DNA of 64,000 nucleotides from Fidelibacterota bacterium. Lineage in GTDB: Bacteria > Fidelibacterota > Marinisomatia > SCGC-AAA003-L08 > D37C17. The translations under genes and the position numbers were made by a program. The stretch is taken from assembly GCA_002703645.1 (NCBI GenBank), contig NZUX01000033.1, positions 1,942 through 65,941 of the forward strand. Reading direction: 5' to 3'. Under the pieces are notes generated by a model, which made no database searches, was not told where the DNA came from, and saw only the letters and a program-made list of their open reading frames with translations. This document shows positions 46,233-55,409 of this stretch, one piece after another (position 1 is the stretch's first letter; each line of letters starts with the position of its first letter).

Positions 46233-47282
46233 ATGTCGATAAGTTTAGATATAGGAACAAATGAAGTTAAATTAATTGAACTTGAAAGAGTTAATGATGA
46301 TGCTGCTGTAATTAGATTTTTTTCTAAGCCTACTATGAGTGATATGGATTCTTTTGATCCTGAAAAATTAGAAAAAGCTAATTGGGTGGCATGCATAAAA
46401 GAGCTCCTTGAAGAGATAAAGTTAAATCCCAAAAAAATAAAAACTATTATTACTGCTATATCAGGGAAAAATTTATCTATCAAAGAAATTACCACTTTAG
46501 AAATGAAAGAAGAGGAATTGCTGCAATCCCTAGAGTTTGAAGCAAAAAAACATATTCCTCTTGATGGAACAGAAGCTGTTATGGACTATCATATAAAAGG
46601 TAGTAATAATAGTGAGATTGATAAAATAAATGTGATATTAGTTGCTACTACTAAAAATATAATTAAGCAATTTGACTCAATCGTTAGAGAGTCAGGATTT
46701 AAAAATTCAATTTTTGATGCTGAGCCTATTGCTCTTGTAAACTGTATGGCGCATAACTATGGGAAAAGCGAAGAAGGTATAGATGTAATTCTTGATATTG
46801 GTTCTAATAGTACAACTTTAGTTGTATCGAGTGATGAAAATACATTTTTCACAAGAGAAATAGATATAGCAGGTTTTCATATCATCAAAGAAATAATGAA
46901 AAAATATAATACAAACTACCTAGATGCAGAAAATATTTTAAAAGAAAATGGTATAAACGCACTAGGATCTACAGAGGAAGAAGAAGATACCTTTAGTTTG
47001 CAAGTAGCTGAAAAAACAATTATATCAAGTTTAATTGATGAGGTAAGAAAATCACTTAGATATTATGTTAAATCAAATAACGGAAATGCAAACTTTAAAA
47101 GGTTATTCATATGTGGTGGGTATGCTCAAATGGATGGGCTAAAAGACCAATTGAAAGATGAGCTTAGAATAGATGTAGAAATTTTAAACCCATTCAATAA
47201 AATAGAAAGTGATATAAAAATTGACAACCCGACAAAATATTGTGTTGCTGTTGGATTAGCTCTAAGAGGACTTTTACAGTGA
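46233..47282 (+). CDS. pilM: type IV pilus assembly protein PilM (actin-like ATPase fold)
   Basis: ISLDIGTNEVKLIEL, ILDIGSNSTTLVV and LFICGGYAQMDGL. Confidence 0.85.
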   Translation: MSISLDIGTNEVKLIELERVNDDAAVIRFFSKPTMSDMDSFDPEKLEKANWVACIKELLEEIKLNPKKIKTIITAISGKNLSIKEITTLEMKEEELLQSLEFEAKKHIPLDGTEAVMDYHIKGSNNSEIDKINVILVATTKNIIKQFDSIVRESGFKNSIFDAEPIALVNCMAHNYGKSEEGIDVILDIGSNSTTLVVSSDENTFFTREIDIAGFHIIKEIMKKYNTNYLDAENILKENGINALGSTEEEEDTFSLQVAEKTIISSLIDEVRKSLRYYVKSNNGNANFKRLFICGGYAQMDGLKDQLKDELRIDVEILNPFNKIESDIKIDNPTKYCVAVGLALRGLLQ

Positions 47283-48493
47283 AATCTGAAAATTTTATAT
47301 TAATAAATTTAAATCAAAATATTAGTAGAGCACGTAAGGTTGCTCAAAAAGAGCAAAGAGATAAATGGATTATATTTGGACTAATCTGCCTTTCTTTTAT
47401 AGGCTTAACTGCTTGGTTTTTTCAAATTAACAATAATTTCAACAAACTTATTCAAGCCAGAGAAGGTACTATTGAAAATATTAAATCTACAACTGCAAAA
47501 CTAAAAAAAGATGCTAAGATAAATTTATCAAAAGGAGATATCATATCGTCTTATGACTTAGGGAAAAGACACATTCCATGGTCTAGAAAATTAATTCAAT
47601 TATCTGAAATGACTCCTTATAATATGTGTATTACAAATTTAGTTTATGATACAAAATTCTTATATATATCAGCTATTTCTAAGATTGAAGATGAGAACCA
47701 AAAAGAGCAGCAAATATTAAATGATTTCATGAGTCTTATAAAGAGCAATGAAGATTTTTATAAAGAATTTGATAAAATTAAAATTAAAAAATCAACAAAA
47801 GTAGAAAGAGATAGTCAATCATATCTATCATTTGAAATCTCTGCCAAATTAAAAAAGAAATTAAAGAATAGAATGGATGAAATTCCTGTTGGGTTAATAG
47901 ATGATTTAAATAATATTGATAAAGAAGAGAGGAAAAGTAAACCTAAAACTGAGAGTAAACAAAAGAAGAAAGAAGAAGAAAAAAAACCTAAATATTCTGA
48001 TGATAGTATTAGACTAGCAAAAGCAATCAATATTACTAATGGAAACGACCCCAGTGGTTCAAAAGAAGTGAAGCAATTTCAACAAGAATTAAATATCTAT
48101 TCTAGCGATGATATACAATATGGTTACTGGGATTCAAAAACAATTTTAGTATATAATGATGTTCTTGAAATAAAAGCAGAAACAAGCTGGGAAAAAGAAT
48201 ATAAAAATATTAATAAGATGTTAGCAGGTGTGGAAGAAAAATCAAATAAAAATCAAAATTCTAAAGCTGAAAAAAATAATACTCGTGATAAAAACGGATA
48301 TGATAAGCTAACAATTAAAATTGCCTATGAAATAGCAGGGCAGATAGGTGCAGGGGCTCAAATTCCGGACTTAGATCTTATAAAAAGGTTTCAAGAACTA
48401 ACTTATATTGCTACAGAAAATGATTCTTGGTATGGAATCTTTAATAATGAAACAATAGAAAAGCTTGGGGAAGTAATGAGGACACAAGAATGA
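47279..48493 (+). CDS. pilN: PilN-like protein with a long C-terminal extension (K/E-rich linker plus two PG-binding-like repeats)
   Basis: The probable GTG start at 47279 forms a GTGA overlap with the pilM stop. INLNQ...KWIIFGLICLSFIGLTAWFF is a PilN-type N-terminus with TM helix. The protein is about twice the usual PilN length. Confidence 0.65.
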   Translation: MKSENFILINLNQNISRARKVAQKEQRDKWIIFGLICLSFIGLTAWFFQINNNFNKLIQAREGTIENIKSTTAKLKKDAKINLSKGDIISSYDLGKRHIPWSRKLIQLSEMTPYNMCITNLVYDTKFLYISAISKIEDENQKEQQILNDFMSLIKSNEDFYKEFDKIKIKKSTKVERDSQSYLSFEISAKLKKKLKNRMDEIPVGLIDDLNNIDKEERKSKPKTESKQKKKEEEKKPKYSDDSIRLAKAINITNGNDPSGSKEVKQFQQELNIYSSDDIQYGYWDSKTILVYNDVLEIKAETSWEKEYKNINKMLAGVEEKSNKNQNSKAEKNNTRDKNGYDKLTIKIAYEIAGQIGAGAQIPDLDLIKRFQELTYIATENDSWYGIFNNETIEKLGEVMRTQE

Positions 48494-49047
48494 AAAGAAA
48501 TATAATACTTCTATCTCTAACTATTATTTTTATTATATCATCTTTTTTACTAAGGACTATAATGTTTTCTGATAAACCCGAGCAAATTGTTGATTTAGAG
48601 GGAATACAAAAATCAGCAAATGAAAAATATATTACAGCTCAAATATTATCTCAAAGTTTAGATAATGTTTATAGATTATTTGAAGTCAATCTTGCAGCAA
48701 GTAAAAATGATAAGCTTAATGAAGAAGCCTCAGTTGATTTTATCAATACATTAACAGATATACTCTTTGAATTAAAAATTGATGTAATTGAAATGAAGCC
48801 TATGGATAAATATAGAAGTGGAAAATATACATATATTCCATATAGACTAAAACTTTCTTGTGATTTTGAGAAGTTTGGGAAATTCGTATCTGAACTTGAA
48901 CGTAATGAAAGATTAATTGCAATTGGAGAGTTTGAATATAGTAATTCTCCTGAAAATGTCAGGCGCAGCTCTGCATTAACTGAACTACCTGATGCTCTAA
49001 TTGAAATGGAAATAGCAACAATAACCTTAAATAAATCTAAAAAATGA
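48490..49047 (+). CDS. pilO: PilO-like pilus assembly protein
   Basis: N-terminal TM, a coiled segment, and YIPYRLKLSCDFEKFGKFVSELERNERLIAIGEFEY, which is a typical PilO core. Confidence 0.6.
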   Translation: MKRNIILLSLTIIFIISSFLLRTIMFSDKPEQIVDLEGIQKSANEKYITAQILSQSLDNVYRLFEVNLAASKNDKLNEEASVDFINTLTDILFELKIDVIEMKPMDKYRSGKYTYIPYRLKLSCDFEKFGKFVSELERNERLIAIGEFEYSNSPENVRRSSALTELPDALIEMEIATITLNKSKK

Positions 49048-49526
49048 ACAAAAGAGAAAACTTACTTTGGCAGATTATCTTAATAATTGCTTCCTTTGCA
49101 ATTATTTATAATGGATATGTACTCTATAATATGAATACTGAAATGATATCATTATGGGAAAAATATGAAAAGGAAGACATCGGAACAGATAAAAAACTTC
49201 AAAATAAAGTTGAAAGACTAGAAAAAAGCCTTCAAGATAAAAAAGAATTTAAATTTAAAATGAGACAAAATCCATCTGATTTATCAGCAGTGATTAATTT
49301 TGATGGATTAAATTCTATGGGAATTTTTAGACACTTTAAACTACAAAGTATTTGGTACAGTAAAAGAAGAGGTAAATATATGGCTCAACTTGAAACAACT
49401 ACATCTTCTAACTATTACTCTGAAAAAGATACCTTAGCAGGTGGAACTATTTCAAAAATAACTGAAGAAGCAGTTATTTTTGAAAAGGATGGGGAAATAT
49501 TTAAATATGAACAAGGGGAAGATTAA
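49044..49526 (+). CDS. pilP: PilP-like pilus assembly protein
   Basis: N-terminal TM plus a small C-terminal beta domain (GKYMAQLE...LAGGTISKITEEAVIFEKDGEIF). It sits between pilO and pilQ. Confidence 0.45.
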   Translation: MNKRENLLWQIILIIASFAIIYNGYVLYNMNTEMISLWEKYEKEDIGTDKKLQNKVERLEKSLQDKKEFKFKMRQNPSDLSAVINFDGLNSMGIFRHFKLQSIWYSKRRGKYMAQLETTTSSNYYSEKDTLAGGTISKITEEAVIFEKDGEIFKYEQGED

Positions 49527-49529
49527 ATA

Positions 49530-51059
49530 ATGAAAATAAAAAAATATACGATTTTATACATATTCATTTTATTAATATCGAGTATTTTATATACTCAAAC
49601 AGATGAAATAACACCTACAATCACAATACATGCAGTGGAATCTAGTCTTCCTAGTGTTTTATCAATATTAGCTGATGAAAGTGGATATAATATTGTTACA
49701 GGACCTAAAGTAAATAGTTCAGAAAAAATCACAATTCACCTTGAAGATGTCCCAATTGATCAGGCTATTGATATGGTGGTTAGAGCAGCTGGGTTAAGCT
49801 ATGAAATTGTTGGAAATTCAATTTTAGTCGCAAATAAGGAACGATTAAATAGTGATGTAGGGACGGTACCCCATGTTATATCATTAAAGTATGCTAATGC
49901 TGAAGAAGTTGCATCACTGCTTCAAACTATAACTGAAAAAATAACTTTAGATAAATCGGGAAATAGTCTATTAGTTAATGTTAGTCCAAAAAAACTAGCT
50001 GAAATTGAAAGTATAATAGAAGATATAGATAAGCCTGCAGTTCAGATAATGCTAGAAGCTAAATTAATTGAAGTAACACTATCAGATGAAGATAAAGAAG
50101 GTATTGATTGGGCTAAGCTATCAAGTTTAACGGCTATTATTGCAGAAACGGGTAATCCTGTTAATTTAGGTGGAGGAGCTGTATCTGGATCTTTATTGCC
50201 GGGAGGAACTTTTGAGGTCTCTGAAGATGGTTCGGTAATTGAAACTTTGGGTGCTTTAACAACAGAGCAGATTCCAGCGGAAATGTACTTTGTTAGACTT
50301 GATGGTAGTACTCCTGCACTTAGCCGTCAATTAAATGCATTTGATGTCACTTTGGATTTTTTAATGAAAAATAATAAAGCAGAAATCCTCGCAAATTCTC
50401 AAGTTGTAACCCTTAATGGGCATCATGCAAAAATAGCTATGGTTGATGTTGTACCATACTTACTATCTAGTGGTGGTGTAGGAGGACAAGTTCAAGTACA
50501 AGAAAAAGAAGTAGGAATTAAGCTAGATATCCTTCCAACGGTAAATACTGATGGCTATATAACAACCACCATAACACCAGAAGTTAGCTCAATATATGAT
50601 TTTATTGGTCCAGATAGAAATATACCTTGGGTAAAGAAAAGAATTTCTAAAACTACAATTAGAGTAATGGATGATCAATCTATTGTTATTGCAGGCCTTA
50701 TTTCATTAGATAAAAAAATGGTAACATATAAAGTCCCATTATTACATCGTATTCCCTTCCTAGGTGAGCGATTATTTACTCATAATGCTGAAATTGAGAC
50801 TAAAACAGACTTGGTGATTCAAATCACGCCTAAAATAGTTAAAGACAATTATACTGGTATAGAAAAGAATATTTTGCATGAAGAAACAGAAAAAAGAAGT
50901 ATCATGATAGATGAAGAACAAAAGCTAATATTAGAAGAAAAGGAAAAGCGTGCAAAAGAACAATTTGATAAGTTAGAAAAAAAACGATTGAAAAAGGAAA
51001 AGAAGAAAAAGAAAAAAGAAGAAAGAAAAAATAAAAAGAAGAAAAAGAAGAAAAAATAA
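49530..51059 (+). CDS. pilQ: type IV pilus secretin PilQ (GspD superfamily) with a poly-lysine tail
   Basis: N0/STN-like domain, LEAKLIEVTLSDEDKEGIDW, and the secretin C-domain VPLLHRIPFLGERLF...TDLVIQITPKIV. The C-terminus is KKEKKKKKKEERKNKKKKKKKK. Confidence 0.9.
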   Translation: MKIKKYTILYIFILLISSILYTQTDEITPTITIHAVESSLPSVLSILADESGYNIVTGPKVNSSEKITIHLEDVPIDQAIDMVVRAAGLSYEIVGNSILVANKERLNSDVGTVPHVISLKYANAEEVASLLQTITEKITLDKSGNSLLVNVSPKKLAEIESIIEDIDKPAVQIMLEAKLIEVTLSDEDKEGIDWAKLSSLTAIIAETGNPVNLGGGAVSGSLLPGGTFEVSEDGSVIETLGALTTEQIPAEMYFVRLDGSTPALSRQLNAFDVTLDFLMKNNKAEILANSQVVTLNGHHAKIAMVDVVPYLLSSGGVGGQVQVQEKEVGIKLDILPTVNTDGYITTTITPEVSSIYDFIGPDRNIPWVKKRISKTTIRVMDDQSIVIAGLISLDKKMVTYKVPLLHRIPFLGERLFTHNAEIETKTDLVIQITPKIVKDNYTGIEKNILHEETEKRSIMIDEEQKLILEEKEKRAKEQFDKLEKKRLKKEKKKKKKEERKNKKKKKKKK

Positions 51060-51107
51060 TAATCATAAATACATTCTTCAATAATTAAAAGTAAGCTAAG
51101 GATTAAT

Positions 51108-54100
51108 ATGAATAAAACTTTTTTAAAAAAATATAAAATTTTACTAATGAGTATTTTAATGTCTATGATTTCACTTACTTGTGATGATCAGGTTCCAGTA
51201 GATGCTCAAGCCCCTACCCTTGACTATAGCATTTCAATAATAACAGAAGTGGTTAATTGCCAAGAAGTAGATTGTCTTGAAGAAATGTGTATTGGTGATG
51301 CTGGATGCTCAGATTTCAATGAAGAACAATGCGAGTCTAATGAAGGATTAACTTGTTCTTGGGAAATTCCAAATAATCAAGCTTACAGTGCTGGTGCAAG
51401 AAATATAGAAGAGCTAGATGATTTCACTTCATACGAAGGCTATTATTTATTCTTTGAATTAAAACTATTAGATATTGACCAAGAGCCGGTTGAAGGTGCA
51501 AGCCTGGTAGTTATTGAAGAGTACTTAGAAGATGGCGCACAACAAGGAACATTTAGAGCTTTTAAAAATAATGATGTAACTAATAGCAGTGGTATTATAA
51601 ACGGATATTGGAAAGATAGCGGTCAAACTGGGAATTTTATGATAACTGTAAAATATACAGATGAAAATGGAGATGACTATACTCAAGAGCACCCTATTAC
51701 TGTTCTACCTACATTCAATGTTGTAAATGAGGTTACAATTGCTACTGAAGATAATGAAATACTTATCCTTGATGCTGGGCAAGGGACTACAGCTATTTAT
51801 GCATATGTAGAAAATGCGACGAACAAGCAACTTGAAAATGTGCCAGTAACTTTTGGAGTAATAGGAGACGGAAAAGGTTCTTTAACTCCTCAAGAAGCAT
51901 ATACACAAGCTGTTGCTACTGAAGATGATGAAGGAAATATATATTATCCTATTTATGCATATTCTATATATACTACTGAGCCTGGAGTTGAGGAGGATGT
52001 GGTTGATATTTTTGTTAGTATAGTAGGTGATGATGATAATGTGCTTTATAGCGATACAACGGCGGTTACAGTAACCAATGAAATTGCAGCAGCTGAAGAT
52101 GATGTGCATTCTTTAACTACAAATTTCGCGCCAAATCAGTTAGTAATGCCTATTTCAGATGCAACTGAAGATTCTACATATAGTATTAACTTAATTGCAA
52201 CAGTTAAGGATGAAGCCAATGAAGCATTAGCAGATGTAACCATTGACTTTGAAATTTTAACTCCAGAAAATACATCAGCTTCAGTAGGAACCTTGACAAC
52301 TGGAAGTGTTGAAAGTAATTCTAGTGGGGTTGCGCAAGCGATTATAGAAGTGCAAGAAAGTATTATAGGTAATGAAACTCTATTCAAAGATTCAGTATTA
52401 GTAAAAACATCTATTACAAACCCTGAAGACGGCATTAGTATTATTGCAGAAGAAATATCTAAAATTTATATTTATTCAGATGAATATTATGATTTAGAAG
52501 TTAGTGTTATGGATGTTGAATACTTAATTAATAATATAATTCCAAATCCATTAGTTATATCAACTGAAGATAATATTGATTCAACCTATATTGTTGAAGT
52601 AAATGCTACCGTTAAAGATGAAAATGGTGTTGCAATAGAAAATGTACCTATTAATTTTCAAAGTTTAAATGCAAATATAGGAACACTAGTTGCATCTGAC
52701 TTATTAAGTGATAGTACAGGAACAGCCACTGGCAGAATTGAAATTCCAGAAAATCAAATAGAAAGCTATGTTAATATGGATATCAGAGTATATATCCCAA
52801 ATCCTCAGAATGAAGCTGAAACGCTACTAGAGGCTACCGAAACACTTAACGTTTATACAGATAGCTATTTTTCTACTATAGGAGCTTCAGAGCTAATAAC
52901 TTGGCCTGAGCAAAATGAAGAAATTATTGATAATATAAATATTGAGTATACAACTAACTTGTATGCAAAAGTATTAAATCAAAATGGCGCACAAATGCCA
53001 AACATGCCAGTACTATTTCAAAGAACAACTCCAGGCATAGGAGCATTAAATACAAGTGTTGCATATACTGATTCTACAGGAGAAGCTGCTACGGTAGCAT
53101 TTGTAATCAACCCTAATGAATTAAATGATTTTCCAGCGGATACTACGGTTTCAGTAGATTTTAGTATTTCTTTATACGGCAATCAAGCTGAGGGCCTAAC
53201 AGCAACAGAATCTTTAACATACCAAATCAATGGTAATACTGATCCTGAGTATAATGTGTCAGAGTTTCATTTTTATCCTGATATTGATGGAATAAGTCAT
53301 GATTTATATGACCAAACTCAAATTTCAGTTATCGCAAAAGACAATGCAGGTGTTGGTGTATCAAATGTATTGGTAAGATTTGAATTGCAAGAATTTAATT
53401 CTAGAGCATCTAATGGTGAATTAAGTGCAGGTTTTGTTTATACATGCTGTAATACTTCTACAGATTCTACCTCTACCCAAATAGATTCAACAGCTATTCA
53501 GCAAAATGGTGTTGCATCTGTTACTTATTCCAATATAGAAGGAGGAGCAGATATGCTTAAGGCTTATATTTTAGATCCTTCTAATTCTGATATTATTGCT
53601 ATTGATAGTATGATGATATCAGTTAATGATGCTTGCCCTGACTGTGTTGAAGAGTTAAACTTATATTCAAAATACTATGAATTACCAACTATAGATTCAC
53701 AATTTGAGCAAACTGATATCTATGCATTTTACACTGACTCAACAGGAAATCCCGCACAACAAAATTCATTTATCAACTTCCAACCTTGGCAGCAAGATGA
53801 AGAAGGTGAATGGATAAATGTTGGTTCAATTAGTCCTGAAAATGCATTTTTTGTTAGTGGTACTGTTAGCGACTTAAATGGAATATTTCCCAATGCTCCA
53901 CAAGATTCGGCTGTAGTATATGCAAACGCAACATTTAATATGGAGAATGCTTCTGGTCTTGTTAAGATAGTTGGGTCGTACCTATCTCTATCAGATACTT
54001 TAGGTGTACAAATAAACTCTACAGGTGCTTCATTTGTTGAAATTATTCCACCATTCCCTAGTACTATTGCTGTACAGGGGAGTCCAGAGCAAGAATCTAC

Positions 54101-55394
54101 AATTATTACAGCAGAAATTAGAGATGGAAATGGAAACCTTGTATCTGATAGTTATATTACTAGATTTACACTAGCCTATCCAGCAGCAATTGCAGGAGTA
54201 CATTTTAATGGTGAAATTGGAGCGACAGATACATATACTTTATCTTCAAATGGAACTTCATCTATTACTCTTAACTCGGGTCAAATACCTGTTTCTGTTG
54301 CTATGACTGTAGAGGTTTATGAAATAGCTGATATTTCATCTGTAGATGATCTGGATAATTTAGATATTATAACTGAAGCCTCCGCCGTGCCTGTGACCGT
54401 AGCATCAGGTCCTCCTTCTTCTGCAGTAATTGGATATTCATTTCTTGAAGCACTTAATATAGGTGGTGGATTAACTGAGCTACCAGTGTCAATTATGCTT
54501 TGGGATGCATGGTCAAACCCTGTGGCAGATAGTATCTCAGTCTATTTTACACTAAATCCTGTAACAGCTGGTTCAATCATTCCTGAAGCAAAAACAGCAA
54601 ATTTAAAACCAAATGGTACGGATGAAGATACTTGGCCTGGAGTTGCTTGGACAACTATTCAATATAATGCATCACAGCTTTTTGAGTTTCCTGAAATTAT
54701 AGCAAATACAACTGGAAATGCATGTTATGATATTGCAGCTCAAGCTTATGATCCAACAATAACATATGATTTATGTGTAGCGCCTGATTATGAATGGCAA
54801 ACCGAAGTACTTTTAACCTATTCAAGTTTAGATAATATAGTAAGCTATCAAAATGTATGTGTAGATTGTAGCTTAACCCTTGTTCCATTATCTGATACTC
54901 AATGGGACTTCCAGTGTGGAACAGGTGAATTCACTATAGATGTTAGAGCTCAACTACTTGATTTCTATGGAGTTCCTGTTGAAGGTGCGGTAAGTGAGCT
55001 CCTTATATTTGGTTCTCAAGGAGGACCAACTATTGAAGCCTATGAATATGTTTGTTATTGGGATAATGCTCCATTTAATGGCCAATACGATCAAGGTGAA
55101 GAACAGTTTGATGAAGATGGTAATCCTATTGATGAAGATGGTTGCAATGCTGTGCCTGTATTTACATGGGGGCAAGCATTTACTGCAGAACCGCCATCAA
55201 CTCAAGTTTTAACAGATGAATTTGGATTAAAATACTGGAGAGTGACTTTTACAGATGCTGAATGCATTCAAACATCAATTGACCCGGATAGTTATACTTG
55301 CTCTAGTCCATCAATCCAAGCAAATTTGGTTAATCCAAATGGAGCTTTAAGTGAAGAATTAAGTATTACTCTAAATAGCACATGTGCAGAATAA
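51108..55394 (+). CDS. giant acidic surface protein with many Big_1-like (invasin/intimin-type Ig-like) repeats; signal peptide, possibly lipidated
   Basis: N-terminus ILLMSILMSMISLTC. At least 6 repeats match A.V.D.NG..(V/L)..V.(V/I).F......G.L.......TDS.G.A. Examples: ATVKDEANEALADVTIDF, ATVKDENGVAIENVPINF, AKVLNQNGAQMPNMPVLF, IAKDNAGVGVSNVLVRF, AEIRDGNGNLVSDS. Confidence 0.7.
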   Translation: MNKTFLKKYKILLMSILMSMISLTCDDQVPVDAQAPTLDYSISIITEVVNCQEVDCLEEMCIGDAGCSDFNEEQCESNEGLTCSWEIPNNQAYSAGARNIEELDDFTSYEGYYLFFELKLLDIDQEPVEGASLVVIEEYLEDGAQQGTFRAFKNNDVTNSSGIINGYWKDSGQTGNFMITVKYTDENGDDYTQEHPITVLPTFNVVNEVTIATEDNEILILDAGQGTTAIYAYVENATNKQLENVPVTFGVIGDGKGSLTPQEAYTQAVATEDDEGNIYYPIYAYSIYTTEPGVEEDVVDIFVSIVGDDDNVLYSDTTAVTVTNEIAAAEDDVHSLTTNFAPNQLVMPISDATEDSTYSINLIATVKDEANEALADVTIDFEILTPENTSASVGTLTTGSVESNSSGVAQAIIEVQESIIGNETLFKDSVLVKTSITNPEDGISIIAEEISKIYIYSDEYYDLEVSVMDVEYLINNIIPNPLVISTEDNIDSTYIVEVNATVKDENGVAIENVPINFQSLNANIGTLVASDLLSDSTGTATGRIEIPENQIESYVNMDIRVYIPNPQNEAETLLEATETLNVYTDSYFSTIGASELITWPEQNEEIIDNINIEYTTNLYAKVLNQNGAQMPNMPVLFQRTTPGIGALNTSVAYTDSTGEAATVAFVINPNELNDFPADTTVSVDFSISLYGNQAEGLTATESLTYQINGNTDPEYNVSEFHFYPDIDGISHDLYDQTQISVIAKDNAGVGVSNVLVRFELQEFNSRASNGELSAGFVYTCCNTSTDSTSTQIDSTAIQQNGVASVTYSNIEGGADMLKAYILDPSNSDIIAIDSMMISVNDACPDCVEELNLYSKYYELPTIDSQFEQTDIYAFYTDSTGNPAQQNSFINFQPWQQDEEGEWINVGSISPENAFFVSGTVSDLNGIFPNAPQDSAVVYANATFNMENASGLVKIVGSYLSLSDTLGVQINSTGASFVEIIPPFPSTIAVQGSPEQESTIITAEIRDGNGNLVSDSYITRFTLAYPAAIAGVHFNGEIGATDTYTLSSNGTSSITLNSGQIPVSVAMTVEVYEIADISSVDDLDNLDIITEASAVPVTVASGPPSSAVIGYSFLEALNIGGGLTELPVSIMLWDAWSNPVADSISVYFTLNPVTAGSIIPEAKTANLKPNGTDEDTWPGVAWTTIQYNASQLFEFPEIIANTTGNACYDIAAQAYDPTITYDLCVAPDYEWQTEVLLTYSSLDNIVSYQNVCVDCSLTLVPLSDTQWDFQCGTGEFTIDVRAQLLDFYGVPVEGAVSELLIFGSQGGPTIEAYEYVCYWDNAPFNGQYDQGEEQFDEDGNPIDEDGCNAVPVFTWGQAFTAEPPSTQVLTDEFGLKYWRVTFTDAECIQTSIDPDSYTCSSPSIQANLVNPNGALSEELSITLNSTCAE

Positions 55395-55409
55395 AATAAA
55401 GGTATAAAG

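Noticed and set aside
50990-51059. The A-rich poly-Lys coding tract as a phase-variable simple sequence repeat
   Set aside because: The tract is an imperfect AAG/AAA mixture with no long uninterrupted homopolymer or exact unit repeat.
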